Below are positions 10,396 through 22,946 of a DNA stretch of 64,000 bases, piece after piece (position 1 is the first letter of the stretch; each line of letters starts with the position of its first letter). Source of the stretch: Alphaproteobacteria bacterium. Its GTDB lineage: Bacteria > Pseudomonadota > Alphaproteobacteria > UBA828. A program made the translations under genes and the position numbers. Below the pieces are notes generated by a model, which worked only from the letters and a program-made list of their open reading frames with translations, was not told where the DNA came from and searched no databases. The stretch spans positions 384,001-448,000 of the forward strand of contig CAXXVO010000007.1 in assembly GCA_963422645.2 (NCBI GenBank), written 5' to 3'.

Positions 10396-12327
10396 ATGCC
10401 CAAGAAGCCATCCGATGCACCGGAGAAAACCGGCGTCACCCGCCGCGATCTGATCGGCAGCACGGCGAAGATCGCCACCGTCGGCGGGGTGGTCGCCGCC
10501 GGAGTCGCCGGGGTGACGCCTGCCGACCCGCCGCGCAAGGCGCGGGCTGCGACCGAAGCAGGCTCGGCCCATGTGGGGCCCGGTCAGCTCGACGAATACT
10601 ACGGCTTCTGGTCGAGCGGCCAGGCCGGTGAGGTGCGCGTCTTCGGCGTGCCCTCCATGCGCGAGCTCCTCCGCATCCCGGTGTTCAACCGCTGCAGCGC
10701 CACTGGCTGGGGGGTCACCAACGAGAGCCGCAGGATCATGACCGAGGGGCTCACGGACGAGACCAAGAAGTTCCTCGAATCCCGCGGCGGCATCTACACC
10801 AACGGCGATGCGCACCACCCGCACATGTCGTTCACCGACGGCACCTATGACGGGCGTTACGTCTGGATCAACGACAAGGCGAACACTCGGGTCGCCCGCA
10901 TTCGCTGCGACGTGATGAAGGTCGACAAGATCGTGGAGATCCCCAACGCCAACGACATCCACGGCCTGCGGCCCCAGAAATATCCGCGCACGGGCTACGT
11001 ATTCTGCAACGGCGAGCACGAGATCCCGCTGCCCAACGACGGCTCCGTGCTCAATGACCCGTCGCAGTACATCGCGATCTTCACCGCGCTCGACGGGGAC
11101 ACCATGGAGGTCGCCTGGCAGGTGATCGTCGACGGCAACCTCGACAACGTGGATGCCGACTATCAGGGCAAGTACGCGGTTTCGACCTGCTACAATTCCG
11201 AGATGGGCATGAACCTGGAGGAGATGACCGCCGCAGAGCAGGACTGGGCTGTCGTCTTCAACATCGCCCGCATCGAGCAGGGGGTGAAGGACGGCGACTA
11301 CACCGTCCATCACGGGGTCAAGGTGCTCGACGGCCGCAAGGGCTCGCCCTACACCCGCTACATCCCGATCTCCACCAGCCCCCACGGGGTCAACGCGGCG
11401 CCCGACGGCAACCACATCGTCATCAACGGCAAGCTGTCGCCGACCGTCTCGGTCATCGACGTGCGCCGCCTCGATGACCTCTTCGACGACAAGATCGCGC
11501 CGCGCGACGTGATCGTTGCCGAGCCCCAGCTCGGCCTTGGGCCGCTCCACACCGCCTTCGATGGGCGTGGCAACTGCTTCACCACGCTCTTCCTCGACAG
11601 CCAGGTGTGCAAGTGGAGCATGGATGCCGCCATCCGCCAGTACAACGGCGAGGAGGTGGACCCGATCATCGAGAAGATCGACGTTCACTACCAGCCCGGG
11701 CACAACCACACCTCCATGGGCGAGACCAAGGAGGCCGACGGCAAGTGGCTGGTTTCGCTCAACAAGTTCTCGAAGGACCGGTTCATCAACGTGGGCCCGC
11801 TCAAGCCCGAATGCGAGCAGCTCATCGACATCTCGGGCGACAAGATGCAGCTGGTCCATGACGGCCCCGCCTTCTCTGAGCCCCACGACTGCATCATCGT
11901 TCATCGCTCCAAGGTGAACCCGGAGCAGATCTGGGACCGTGAAGACCCGACCTGGGAAGAGGCGCGCCAGCAGGCGGCGAAGGATGGCGTCGATCTCGAC
12001 TGGGGCGAGGACGTGATCCGCGACGGCAACAAGGTGCGGGTCTACATGTACTCGATCGCGCCCGCCTTCAGCCTCGAATCCTTCGAGGTGAACGAGGGCG
12101 ACGAGGTCACCGTCTACATCACCAACCAGGACGATGTTGACGACCTCAGCCATGGCTGGACCCTCTCCAACTACGGAGTGGCCATGGAGGTGGCGCCTCA
12201 GGCGACAGCGTCGGTGACCTTCACCGCCGACCGGCCCGGCGTCCACTGGTTCTATTGCCAGTGGTTCTGCCATGCGCTGCACATGGAGATGCGCGGGCGC
12301 TTGTTCGTGAAGCCGAAGACCGCCTGA
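10396..12327 (+). CDS. nosZ: Nitrous oxide reductase NosZ, clade I (Tat-exported)
   Basis: TRRDLI twin-Arg signal, [19 protein letters not shown], CuA motif [12 protein letters not shown]; RBS GAGGAG before ATG 10396. Confidence 0.98.
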   Translation: MPKKPSDAPEKTGVTRRDLIGSTAKIATVGGVVAAGVAGVTPADPPRKARAATEAGSAHVGPGQLDEYYGFWSSGQAGEVRVFGVPSMRELLRIPVFNRCSATGWGVTNESRRIMTEGLTDETKKFLESRGGIYTNGDAHHPHMSFTDGTYDGRYVWINDKANTRVARIRCDVMKVDKIVEIPNANDIHGLRPQKYPRTGYVFCNGEHEIPLPNDGSVLNDPSQYIAIFTALDGDTMEVAWQVIVDGNLDNVDADYQGKYAVSTCYNSEMGMNLEEMTAAEQDWAVVFNIARIEQGVKDGDYTVHHGVKVLDGRKGSPYTRYIPISTSPHGVNAAPDGNHIVINGKLSPTVSVIDVRRLDDLFDDKIAPRDVIVAEPQLGLGPLHTAFDGRGNCFTTLFLDSQVCKWSMDAAIRQYNGEEVDPIIEKIDVHYQPGHNHTSMGETKEADGKWLVSLNKFSKDRFINVGPLKPECEQLIDISGDKMQLVHDGPAFSEPHDCIIVHRSKVNPEQIWDREDPTWEEARQQAAKDGVDLDWGEDVIRDGNKVRVYMYSIAPAFSLESFEVNEGDEVTVYITNQDDVDDLSHGWTLSNYGVAMEVAPQATASVTFTADRPGVHWFYCQWFCHALHMEMRGRLFVKPKTA

Positions 12328-13594
12328 TGTGCGTGCGGCGCGCGGCGCTCGCCCTCGGCGCGGCGGTGGCATTGTTTGCTACCGCCGCGGGGGAGGCGCG
12401 CGCCGCGCCCGCAGCGGTCATCGAAGTCTCGCCCGGCGAAGGAGCGCTACAGGCCGCACTGGATGGCGCCCCGCCCGGCGTGGTGCTGCGGCTTGCGCCG
12501 GGCCTTTACCCGGGGCCGATCGTCATTGACCGGGCGCTGACGCTGGAGGGAGCGCCCGGCGCCATTCTCGATGGCGGCGGCAAGGGCCGCGTGCTCAGCG
12601 TTGCCGCGCCCGGCGTGACGGTGCGCGGGCTCACGGTCCGCAACTCCGGCACGAGCCTCGCCGAAACCGACGCCGGCATCTTCCTCGACAAGCCGGCCAA
12701 GGGTGCGCTGATCGAGGGCAACCGGGTCGAGAACAACCTCTTCGGCATCTACCTGCACGGCGCCCGCAACGCGCTCGTGCGCGGCAACGAGATCATCGGC
12801 AACCGCGACTTGCGGATGAGCGAGCGCGGCAACGGCATCCATCTGTGGGCGGCCAAGGGCTCGGTGGTTGAGGGCAACACCGTGCGCTACGGCCGCGACG
12901 GCATCTTCGTCACCACCAGCCGCAAGAACGCGTTCCGCAACAACAGCTTCCGCGATCTCCGCTTCGCCATTCACTACATGTACACCCACGACAGCGAGGT
13001 GAGCGGCAACATCTCCCGCGACAACCACGTGGGTTTCGCGCTGATGTACTCCGATCGGCTGCGCGTGTTCGACAACCGCTCCACCGGCGACCGCGACCAT
13101 GGCTTCCTGTTCAACTTCACCAACAAGTCGCGCATTGAGCGCAATCTCGTGCGCGCGGGCCGCACCAAGTGCGTGTTTCTCTACAATGCGAACCGCAACG
13201 TGCTCAGCGGCAATCTCTTCGAGGGCTGCGCCATCGGCATCCACTTCACCGCAGGCTCCGAGGGCAATCGCATCGCGGGCAACGGCTTCGTCGGCAACGC
13301 GACGCAGGTGAAGTACGTCGGCACGCGCCATGTCGAGTGGTCCGATGAGGGCGTCGGCAACTACTGGAGCGACAATCCCGCCCTCGATCTCGACGGCGAC
13401 GGCATCGGCGACGTGCCCTACAGGCCCAACGACCTGGTCGATCAGGTGGTCTGGCGCCACCCGCTGGCCAAGCTGCTGCTCACCAGCCCGTCGGTGCGCA
13501 TCCTGCGCTGGGCTCACGACCGCTTCCCCTCCATCTATCCAGGCGGCGTGATCGATTCTGCCCCGCTCATGCGCCCGCCAGCGCTCGGAGCCGG

Positions 13595-13598
<4 letters not shown>
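12327..13598 (+). CDS. nosD: Nitrous oxide reductase maturation protein NosD
   Basis: RGNGIHLW, GRDGIF, LRFAIHYMY, GNYWSD..DLDGDGIGD.PYRPN; TGATG overlap with nosZ. Confidence 0.95.
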
Positions 13599-14529
<931 letters not shown>

Positions 14530-14533
<4 letters not shown>

Positions 14534-15357
14534 CCGCGGTCGCTGCCATCGCCGGGCACGAGGTCCTGGCCGGCATCCGCAACCGGTGGATGCTCGCCGC
14601 CTCCCTGCTGCTCGGCGTGCTGGCGCTGACTTTGGCGTTCATCGGCAGCACGCCGGCCGGGCCGGTCGCCGCCTCGCCGCTCGCGATTACTGTGGTGAGC
14701 CTCTCGAGCCTTTCGGTCTTCCTGATCCCGCTCATCGGGCTTCTGGTGAGCTACGACACGCTCGTTGGCGAGATAGAGCGGGGCACGATGCCGCTGCTGA
14801 TGACCTACCCGGTCACCCGCTGGCGCATCGTGCTCGGCAAGTTCGCCGGCCAGGTGGCGATCCTCGCCGTCGCCACGGTGATCGGCTTCGGTGTGGCCGC
14901 ACTGATCACTGGCCTCGGCGATGGCGGCGATGCCGAGGCCTGGGGCGCCTTCGGGGTGATGGTCGGCGGCTCGATCCTGCTCGGTGCCGCCTTCATCGCG
15001 CTCGGCACGCTCTTCAGCGCCGTGGTGGCGGAGCGCGGCACGGCGGCCGGGGTCTCTGCGGCAGCGTGGCTGATCTTCGTCGTGCTCTTCGACATGGCGC
15101 TGCTCGCCATCCTCGTCGCGGACGAAGGGCAGGTGGTCTCGGGCGAGCTCTTCCGCGTGCTCCTGCTGCTCAACCCGACCGACGTCTACCGCATGCTGAC
15201 GCTCGCGGGCTCGGAGACCGTGGGCGCGCTCTCCGGCATGGCAGGCGTGAGCGCCGAGGCCGCCTTCGGTCACGCGATCCTCTTCCCGGTCATGGTGCTC
15301 TGGATCGCGGTGCCGCTCGGCCTCGCGGGCCTCCTGTTCGGGAGGAGGGAGCTGTGA
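14530..15357 (+). CDS. nosY: ABC permease NosY
   Basis: RNRW, GEIERGT..LL.TYP, LLNPTDVYR. Confidence 0.92.
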
Positions 15358-15902
15358 GACGCGCGCTTGCCCTGGTGGCGATCGGCCTGCTCGCGCTCTC
15401 GGGCGTCGCCGGTTGCGGCGAGGATGACGATGTCGTGGCGAAGCCGCCGCCCGTGGAGCCCACACGCGAGGCCTCCGGCCACTACTGCGGCATGATCCTG
15501 GTGGATCACAGCGGGCCCAAGGCGCAGGTTCACCTGCCCGGTGCGCCCGAGCCGGTGTGGTTCTCCTCGGTGCGCGATGCCATCGCCTTCACCATGCTGT
15601 CGGAGGAGCCGCGCAACTACAGCGCGATCTACGTCAACGACATGGGCGTGGCGCAGTGGGAGGCGCCCGAGCCCGGCACCTGGATCGATGCGGCGGGCGC
15701 CTCCTACGTGATCGGGAGCGACCGGATGGGTGGCATGGGCGTGCCCGAGGCGGTGCCCTTCGCCACGCGCGAAGCGGCCGAGCGTTTTGTGGCGGAGCAC
15801 GGCGGGCGCGTCGTCGCGCTCACGGACGTGCCGGAGAGCTACATCCTCGCCTACGCCGACGAGGACGACACCGCGGCGCCGGCGCAGGGAGAGACCGAAT
15901 GA
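15354..15902 (+). CDS. nosL: Copper-binding lipoprotein NosL
   Basis: GTG 15354, lipobox VAGC, HYCGM, HSGPKAQ, MGGMG.PEAVPF. Confidence 0.92.
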   Translation: MRRALALVAIGLLALSGVAGCGEDDDVVAKPPPVEPTREASGHYCGMILVDHSGPKAQVHLPGAPEPVWFSSVRDAIAFTMLSEEPRNYSAIYVNDMGVAQWEAPEPGTWIDAAGASYVIGSDRMGGMGVPEAVPFATREAAERFVAEHGGRVVALTDVPESYILAYADEDDTAAPAQGETE

Positions 15903-16897
15903 CCCGGTGGTCCGGTGCCGCGCCCACCCGGCGGCGCTTCGTCGCCATCGCGGCGGCCGCCGCCGGCCTGCCCTTCGCGGCGCTCCGGGCGGGTGCGGAG
16001 ACGACGCATCTGCACCGCTGGTCCGGCATTGCGCTGGGGGCCGCGGCCGAGATCGTCCTCTACGACCCCGACGCCGCTCGCGCGCGCCGGCTGATCGCGC
16101 GCTGCGTCCAAGAGATCGACCGGCTGGAGGACGTGTTCAGTCTCTACCGGCCCGAGAGCGCAATCCACCGGCTCAACCGGGACGGCAATCTCACGGCGCC
16201 GCCTCTCGAACTCGTCGTGCTGCTGGCCGAGGCCCGCTCGTTTTCGGAACGGACGGAGGGCGCCTTCGATGTCACCGTGCAGCCGCTTTGGCGCCTCTAT
16301 GCCGCGCACTTCGCGCATCCCGCCGCGGACCCGCGCGGGCCGGCAGAGGCCGAGCACGCCAGGGCACAAGCGCTGGTGGACTACCGCGCCGTCGAAATCG
16401 AGCCGGCGGCGATCCGATTTTCCCGGCCGAGGATGGCGATCACCCTCAACGGCATCGCCCAGGGCTACATCACCGACAGGGTCGCGACTCTGCTGCACGA
16501 CGCCGGCATGGGCGACGTTCTCCTCGACATCGGAGAAGTCCGGGCGCTCGGCCGCCATCCCGACGGGCGGCCATGGCATGTGGGCATCCGCCGCGCAGCC
16601 GAGCCCGAGACGGTCGCGCGCACCGTCACGCTGGTTGATCGCGCCGTTGCCACTTCGGCCGGCATTGCGAGCGTCTTCGAGCCGAGCGGGCGCCACCACC
16701 ACCTGTTCGACCCCGCGACCGGTAGGCCCGCGCAGGCGATAGGACAGGTCTCGGTGATCGCACCCCGCGCCACCATGGCCGACGCGCTCTCCACCGCGCT
16801 CGCCGTCTCCTCGCCTGAGCGCGCCGGCGCGTATACCGCCCGCTTTCCCGAAATCGAGGTGGTGACCGACGGTCCTCAACCTGCAGCGAGGAGGTAG
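15899..16897 (+). CDS. nosX: FAD:protein FMN transferase NosX (ApbE family)
   Basis: TRRRF Tat motif, FSLYR..S, FDVTVQPLW, LNGIAQGY.TD, HLFDP.TG, ADALST. Confidence 0.9.
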   Translation: MTRWSGAAPTRRRFVAIAAAAAGLPFAALRAGAETTHLHRWSGIALGAAAEIVLYDPDAARARRLIARCVQEIDRLEDVFSLYRPESAIHRLNRDGNLTAPPLELVVLLAEARSFSERTEGAFDVTVQPLWRLYAAHFAHPAADPRGPAEAEHARAQALVDYRAVEIEPAAIRFSRPRMAITLNGIAQGYITDRVATLLHDAGMGDVLLDIGEVRALGRHPDGRPWHVGIRRAAEPETVARTVTLVDRAVATSAGIASVFEPSGRHHHLFDPATGRPAQAIGQVSVIAPRATMADALSTALAVSSPERAGAYTARFPEIEVVTDGPQPAARR

Positions 16898-17640
16898 ACG
16901 CCGGCGGCGACCATCGCGACGCCGCCCGCGCGCGCGACCCACTCGCCCTTGGGCATGAGCTTCTCGGCGACGACGAAGACCGTGATCGCCGCCACCCAGG
17001 CGAGATTCATCACGCCTCCGACGAAGAGCAGCCCCATCACGAAGCCGCAGCAGCCGAGGCAGAAGGCGCCGTGGCCGAGCCCCATGCGGAAGGCGCCCGA
17101 CCGGCCCGGCCGCCAGTGCCCCATGATGAAGGCCATGGGCGAGCGGCAATGCTTGAGGCAGGCGTACTTGAGCGGCGTCCACTGATAGACGCCGGCGACG
17201 ATGAACAGCACGCCGCCGAGGATCGTGCTGGTGGCGACCATCATCGGCGAGAGCAGCGCCGCATTCTGCAGGCCCCACTGCATCGCCGTCGCGGCCACGC
17301 TGAATGCCGCCCAGACCAGGATATAGCCGAGCGCGAAGAGCGTGGTCGCGGTGTAAGCGCGGCCTGTGCCCCGCGAGCGGTCCGCGCGGGCGAAGATCAG
17401 GATCATCGGCGCCGCGCTCGGCACCATCATGGCCACCATCATCACCGCCCACATGGCCCACATCAGCAGGCCGTCGTACACGCTCCAGGCCTGCATCTGC
17501 AACATGGCGCCGTCCGCGTGCGCCATGTCGCCGCCCATGTCGAGGGCCATGTCGATGAGGTAGAGCCAGGCGAGCGCGGCGGCGAGCGCGAGGCCGACCA
17601 GGACCACCAGCCGGTCGCGTCGCGCGATCCCCTCGATCAC
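16876..17640 (-). CDS. DUF2182 predicted metal-binding membrane protein
   Basis: MWAVMMVAMM.PS..PM, YQWTPLK..CL.HCRSP, CLGCC, GGVMNL; start (GTG 17640) uncertain. Confidence 0.85.
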   Translation of the reverse strand: MIEGIARRDRLVVLVGLALAAALAWLYLIDMALDMGGDMAHADGAMLQMQAWSVYDGLLMWAMWAVMMVAMMVPSAAPMILIFARADRSRGTGRAYTATTLFALGYILVWAAFSVAATAMQWGLQNAALLSPMMVATSTILGGVLFIVAGVYQWTPLKYACLKHCRSPMAFIMGHWRPGRSGAFRMGLGHGAFCLGCCGFVMGLLFVGGVMNLAWVAAITVFVVAEKLMPKGEWVARAGGVAMVAAGVYLLAAG

Positions 17641-17659
17641 GGTTGTTACCGGAGCGCCT

Positions 17660-18460
17660 TCAGTCGCACTTGGCCGTGAGGCCGCCGTCCACCACCAGAT
17701 CGGCCGCCGTGACGTACGCGGCATCGTCCGAGGCCAGATAGAGCGCCGCGTGGGCCACGTCCCAGCCCGAGCCCATGCGGCCCATGGGCACCTGGGCGTG
17801 GCGATTGGCGACCAGCGCTTCGAGGTCGCCCTCGCCGTATTGGGCGGCGAGTCGGGCCTCCACCAGGGGGGTGTGCATCAGGCCGACGGAGATGGAATTG
17901 CAGCGTACGCCGCGTGCGGCGTACTGCACGCCAACTGCCTTGGTGAACTGTACCAGCCCGGCCTTCGCCGCTGCGTAGGCCGCGTGGTGGTTGCCGATGA
18001 AGCGGAGCCCGGCCACCGAGGAGATGTTGACGATGGCGCCCGCGCCCTGCGCCTCCATGATGGGGAGCACGCAGCGGGTGGTGAGGAAGGCGCTGGTGAG
18101 ATTGAACTCGAGCTGCCCGGCCCAATCTTCCTCGCTGAGCTCGACCGGCCCGCCGGGCACCGAGCCCCCCACGTTGTTGACGAGCACGTGCAGCCCGCCC
18201 CAATGCTCGCAGACCGCGGCCATCACGCGCTCGATCTGAGCGCTGTCGGTCACGTCCGCGGTCTCGACGGCGCAGGCGTTGCCCTCGCTCTCGATGATCT
18301 GCCGCGTCGCCTCGGCGGCCCTCGTGTCGCGGTCGACCGCGACGACGCGCGCACCTTCACGGGCGAAGAGCACGGCGGTAGCGCGGCCGTTGCCCCAGCC
18401 GGGGCCGACCGAGCCAGCACCTGTGATTAGCGCGACCTTGCCGCCGAGACGTCCTGCCAT
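17660..18460 (-). CDS. SDR family oxidoreductase
   Basis: TGAGS..GWGNGRA, LVNNVG, NISS, YAAAK. Confidence 0.9.
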   Translation of the reverse strand: MAGRLGGKVALITGAGSVGPGWGNGRATAVLFAREGARVVAVDRDTRAAEATRQIIESEGNACAVETADVTDSAQIERVMAAVCEHWGGLHVLVNNVGGSVPGGPVELSEEDWAGQLEFNLTSAFLTTRCVLPIMEAQGAGAIVNISSVAGLRFIGNHHAAYAAAKAGLVQFTKAVGVQYAARGVRCNSISVGLMHTPLVEARLAAQYGEGDLEALVANRHAQVPMGRMGSGWDVAHAALYLASDDAAYVTAADLVVDGGLTAKCD

Positions 18461-18486
18461 GGCGTCACTCTATCATTCGACCGTTG

Positions 18487-19437
18487 TCAGCGCAGGCGAG
18501 ACGCCCGCTCCTCCATGAAGGCCCTTACCTCGGCGTGACTCGGCTGGGGTGCAATGGCGCCGACGCCGGTGGCGGTGAGCGCGCCCACCGCATTCGCGTA
18601 CCGTCCTGCCTCGTTGAGCCCTGCCTCGCGGAGCCGGGACAGGACGAACCCGGCGCTGAACGCATCGCCCGCGCCTGTGGCATCGACCGCGTCGATCCTC
18701 CAGGCTGGGATCTGCCAGCGCTCTCCCCTTTCGCTCTTGATCAGGCAACCGTCGGCCCCGAGCTTCGCCACCGCGAACCTCGGTCCCTCGCCCACGACGC
18801 GATCCAGAACGTCCTCCAGCGAGGTCTCGCCGAATAGATGGGCGGAGTCTTCCTCGCTCAGGAACACGACGTCGGCAAGCGCCAGGGCAGCCTCGAAATT
18901 GCGGCGCAGGATCTCACGGGTTCCGAGCGCCGGGCGCACATTGGCATCGTAGCTGACGGTGGTACCGGCCTTTCGCGCAATCTCCATCGCCACCCGCACC
19001 GCCTCCGCTGACGAGCGTGAGATCGCCTGGGAGATGCCGCTCGCGTGGAGGACGCGGGCGCCCGCCACATAGTCCTGATCGATATCCGAGCCTGCGAGAT
19101 GGCTCGCCGCCGAGCCGCGTCGGACATAGTCGAAGCGGTGCTTCCGATCCTCCGAATAGGTGACGAAATAGAGGCCGGTGTGATGTTCCTCGTCGCGTAT
19201 GACGCGGCTTGCGTCGACCCCGTGCGTGCCCAACATCGCGACGAAGGCGGCGCCGAACGCATCCCGCCCCACCCGCGTGACGTAGCCGCACGCGCCTCCC
19301 AGGCGCGCGGCAGCGAGCACGAAATTGGCCGTGTCTCCGCCCCAGCCGTAGCGGAAGCGATCGACATCGCCGAGCCGGCCAGGCGACTCCGCGGCCAACT
19401 CCACAAGCGGCTCTCCGATGGCGACGATGTCGGGCAC
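18487..19437 (-). CDS. PfkB-family sugar kinase (KDG kinase-like)
   Basis: GGDTAN, VG.DAFG, YDANVR, DATGAGDAF. Confidence 0.88.
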   Translation of the reverse strand: MPDIVAIGEPLVELAAESPGRLGDVDRFRYGWGGDTANFVLAAARLGGACGYVTRVGRDAFGAAFVAMLGTHGVDASRVIRDEEHHTGLYFVTYSEDRKHRFDYVRRGSAASHLAGSDIDQDYVAGARVLHASGISQAISRSSAEAVRVAMEIARKAGTTVSYDANVRPALGTREILRRNFEAALALADVVFLSEEDSAHLFGETSLEDVLDRVVGEGPRFAVAKLGADGCLIKSERGERWQIPAWRIDAVDATGAGDAFSAGFVLSRLREAGLNEAGRYANAVGALTATGVGAIAPQPSHAEVRAFMEERASRLR

Positions 19438-19603
19438 GGGGCGCCTCCTTGATACGGGTGCGGAATCATGGTGAGCGAAAGGGCCGCCGGGTCAACGGTG
19501 GAAGAAGACGTGGGTCGGCGCAGGCGTATCTGCCGCGGACCGCGCGTGCGTGATAGGGTGCGCGCGCCGCGCGGCGGGCGTCTAGTGCGGGAAGGGACGG
19601 GAC

Positions 19604-22033
19604 ATGAGGGATCAGGCGCGGGTGGTGGTGATCGGCGGCGGCATTGTCGGCTGCAGCGTGCTCTACCATCTGGCCAAGCTCGGCTGGTCCGATGTCATGC
19701 TGGTCGAGAAGACCGAGCTCACCGCAGGCTCCACCTGGCATGCGGCCGGGCTGCTGCCGCTCTTCAACATGAGCTACAGCGTCGGCCAGCTGCACAAGTA
19801 CTCGATCGACCTCTACCAGAAGCTTGAGGAAGAGACCGGGCAGGCGGTGAGCTTCCATCGCACCGGCAATCTCAGGCTCGCCACCAACCAGGAGCGGATG
19901 GACGAGTACCGCAACTATTGCGGCACCGCGAACACGATCGGCGTTCCCTTCGAGCTGATCGGCCCCAACGAGATCGGCGACCTCTGGCCGCTCTGTAATC
20001 TCGACGGGCTGGTGGGCGCGCTCTTCCATCCCCACGACGGCCACGTGGCGCCGGTGGACGTGACTCAGGCACTGGCCAAGGGCGCACGCGATCGGGGAGC
20101 GGAGATCAACCGCAACACCGAGGTGACGGGCATCGAGCGGACCCGCGCCGGCGAGTGGCTGGTCAAGACCACGCGGGGCGACATCACCTGCGAGATTGTG
20201 GTGACCGCTACCGGCTCCTGGGCCCGGCAGGTGGGCGCCATGGTGGGTCTCGACCTGCCGGCGATCCCGGTCGAGCACCAGTACATCGTCACCGACACGA
20301 TCCCGGAGCTGGAGGAGCGCAAGACGGCGGGCCTCCCCGAGATGCCGGTGCTCAGAGAGAGCGATGCCTCCTACTACATGCGGGAGGAGCGCCAGGGCCT
20401 GATCCTCGGCCCCTACGAGAAGGACGCGCCGGCCTGGGCGGTGGACGGCGTGCCCGAGGGCTTCGGGCAGGAGTTGCTGCCGCCGGACGTGGACCGCCTG
20501 GAGCCCCACATCGAGGCCGCGATCAATCGGGTGCCCATGTTCGGCCGCGCCGGGATCAAGGACTGCGTCAACGGCCCGATCTCCTACACGCCGGATGGCA
20601 ACCCGCTCATCGGGCCGGCCTATGGGCTGCCGAACTTCTGGCTGGCGGAGGGCTTCAGCTTCGGCATCACCGCCGCAGGCGGCGCCGGCTGGCAGCTCGC
20701 GGGCTGGATTGCCGAGGGCGAACCCTCCATCGACATGCTGGCAGTGGATCCCAGACGCTTCGGCGCCTACGCCAACAAGCACTACACCAAGGCCAAGAAC
20801 GAAGAGGCCTACGCCCACGTCTTCATCATCCACTACCCGGACGAGGAGCGGCCTGCGTCGCGGCCGGCCAAGACCAGCCCCTGCCACGAGCGGCTGGCGG
20901 CCCACGGCGCCGTCTGGGGCCAGCGCTATGGCTGGGAGCGCCCCAACTGGTTCGCGCCCGAGGGCACAGAGCCCAAAGACGACTGGAGCTTCCGCCGCAC
21001 CAACTATTTCGGGCCCGTGGGCGCCGAGTGCCAAGCCGTGCGCAAGCGCGCCGGCCTGATCGATATCACCAGCTTCTCCAAGTTCAGGGTGTCGGGGCCG
21101 AGCGCGGAAGCCGCTCTCGACCGGGTACTCGCCAACCGGCTGCCGAAGGCTGCGGGCCGTATCAAGCTCGCCCACGCGCTGACCGTCACCGGCGGTGTGC
21201 GCTCCGAGTTTACGGTGCTGCGCGAGGGCCCGGACTCCTTCTACCTGGTGAGCTCGGGTGCGGCCGAGCGCTACGACCACGATTTCCTGCTGCGCCACGT
21301 GGCGGGCGAGGGCGTGAGAATCGAGAACATCACCACCGCCCACGGCGTTCTCGTGCTGGCGGGGCCCCGCTCGCGCGACATCCTCCAGGCAGTGACGGAT
21401 GCGGATCTCTCCAATGAAGCCTTCCCCTGGCTTACGGCGCAGCCCATCTCCATCGGCTTGGCACCGGCCACAGCGATGCGGGTCAACTTCGTCGGCGAGC
21501 TCGGCTGGGAGCTGCACCACCCGATCGAGTACCAGAACCGCATCTTCGACGCGCTGGTCGAGGCAGGGGAGCAGCACGGGCTCGCCATGTGCGGGATGCG
21601 GGCGATGGATTCGCTCAGGATCGAGAAGTCCTACCGCATGTGGGGGCAGGATCTGACCATCGAGTATTCCGCCTTCGAGGCCGGCCTGGACCGCTTCATC
21701 GCGCTGGACAAGGGCGATTTCATCGGCCGCGAGGCGTTGGTGGCCCAGCGCGAGGCCGGCGTGCCGCAGGACTTCGTGACTCTCGAAGTCGACGCCGACG
21801 ACGCCGACCCCTGGGGCAACGAGCCGATCTACGACGGGGAGACCATGATCGGACGCGCGACCTCCGGCGCCTTCGGCCACACGGTGGGGCAAAGCCTGGC
21901 GCTCGGCTACGTCGCCCGCGACCACGCGGTACGCGGCCGCCGGCTCGTCGTCGAGATCCTGGGCGAGCGGCGCCCTGCGCGGATTGTCCCCAACTCGCCG
22001 CTGGACCCCGCCAACTCACGGCTCCGCGCGTAA
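19604..22033 (+). CDS. GcvT-family FAD oxidoreductase (dimethylglycine/sarcosine dehydrogenase-like)
   Basis: VIGGGIVG, GSTWHAAG, NGPISYTPDG, GWERPNWF, GELGWELH, DSLRIEK. Confidence 0.92.
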   Translation: MRDQARVVVIGGGIVGCSVLYHLAKLGWSDVMLVEKTELTAGSTWHAAGLLPLFNMSYSVGQLHKYSIDLYQKLEEETGQAVSFHRTGNLRLATNQERMDEYRNYCGTANTIGVPFELIGPNEIGDLWPLCNLDGLVGALFHPHDGHVAPVDVTQALAKGARDRGAEINRNTEVTGIERTRAGEWLVKTTRGDITCEIVVTATGSWARQVGAMVGLDLPAIPVEHQYIVTDTIPELEERKTAGLPEMPVLRESDASYYMREERQGLILGPYEKDAPAWAVDGVPEGFGQELLPPDVDRLEPHIEAAINRVPMFGRAGIKDCVNGPISYTPDGNPLIGPAYGLPNFWLAEGFSFGITAAGGAGWQLAGWIAEGEPSIDMLAVDPRRFGAYANKHYTKAKNEEAYAHVFIIHYPDEERPASRPAKTSPCHERLAAHGAVWGQRYGWERPNWFAPEGTEPKDDWSFRRTNYFGPVGAECQAVRKRAGLIDITSFSKFRVSGPSAEAALDRVLANRLPKAAGRIKLAHALTVTGGVRSEFTVLREGPDSFYLVSSGAAERYDHDFLLRHVAGEGVRIENITTAHGVLVLAGPRSRDILQAVTDADLSNEAFPWLTAQPISIGLAPATAMRVNFVGELGWELHHPIEYQNRIFDALVEAGEQHGLAMCGMRAMDSLRIEKSYRMWGQDLTIEYSAFEAGLDRFIALDKGDFIGREALVAQREAGVPQDFVTLEVDADDADPWGNEPIYDGETMIGRATSGAFGHTVGQSLALGYVARDHAVRGRRLVVEILGERRPARIVPNSPLDPANSRLRA

Positions 22034-22075
22034 ACAGCGCGCGGCGGACGCAACACAGAGCATAGAGGAGGCAGC

Positions 22076-22888
22076 ATGGCACTGACCGAGCGCGACATCA
22101 CCGTCGAAGGGCACCGGGTCCACCTCTGGGAAGGGGGCGAGGGCTTTCCCATCCTGATGTTGCATGGTTCCGGCCCCGGCGCCGGCACGGTCGGCAATTG
22201 GCGGCTGGTGCTGGAGCCGCTCGCCGCGCGCTACCGCATCGTCGCCACCGACCTGATCGGCTTCGGCGCCTCAGGCCGCAAGTCGGAGGAGCCCTATTTC
22301 GATCTGCCGCTCTGGCGGCGGCAGGCCCAGGCAGTGCTCGACCTGCTGCCCGCAGGCGAGGCCGGCGTGGTCGGCCATTCGCTCTCCGCCAGCCTCGCGC
22401 TTAGGCTCGCCATGGACAATCCGCGCGTCACCAGGGTGATGACCACCGGCGCCATGGGCGCGCCGGCGCGCGCCAACCGAGAGACCGAGACCTGCTGGCG
22501 TTTCCCCGAGACCCGCGAGGAGCTGCGCGAGGCGGCGGAAATCCTGGTCCACGACCCCTCGGTGATCACCGACGCCTTCCTCGACGCCCGCATGGCGATC
22601 CTCCACGACGGCGAGTACGGCCCCTACTTCCGCAGCATGTTCGCGGGCGACAAGCAGCGCTACATCGACGAGGCGGTGCTGCCGCCGGACCGGCTGTCGG
22701 CGCTCGCCTGCCAGGTGATGATGCTCCATGGCCGCGACGACCGGCCCTTCCCCTGCGAAGAGAACACCCGGGTCCTCGCCCGCCACCTCCACAAGGCCGA
22801 CACCTTCGTGATCGCGGAGTGCGGCCATTCGCCGGCTCTGGAACATCCTGATAAACTGCTGGCTGCGGCGCAGATGCTGTTCGGCTGA
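22076..22888 (+). CDS. Alpha/beta-fold hydrolase (C-C hydrolase-like)
   Basis: LHGSGPGA, DLIGFG, nucleophile elbow GHSLS, HGRDD, CGH...E. Confidence 0.85.
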   Translation: MALTERDITVEGHRVHLWEGGEGFPILMLHGSGPGAGTVGNWRLVLEPLAARYRIVATDLIGFGASGRKSEEPYFDLPLWRRQAQAVLDLLPAGEAGVVGHSLSASLALRLAMDNPRVTRVMTTGAMGAPARANRETETCWRFPETREELREAAEILVHDPSVITDAFLDARMAILHDGEYGPYFRSMFAGDKQRYIDEAVLPPDRLSALACQVMMLHGRDDRPFPCEENTRVLARHLHKADTFVIAECGHSPALEHPDKLLAAAQMLFG

Positions 22889-22946
22889 CACCGAGCCAGG
22901 CCGAAGCGCGCGCCGACACACGACTGGATACCGGGGGTGCGCGTGA

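Noticed and set aside
16876-16897. Convergent 22-bp overlap of nosX and DUF2182
   Set aside because: Common in compact high-GC genomes; no evidence of function
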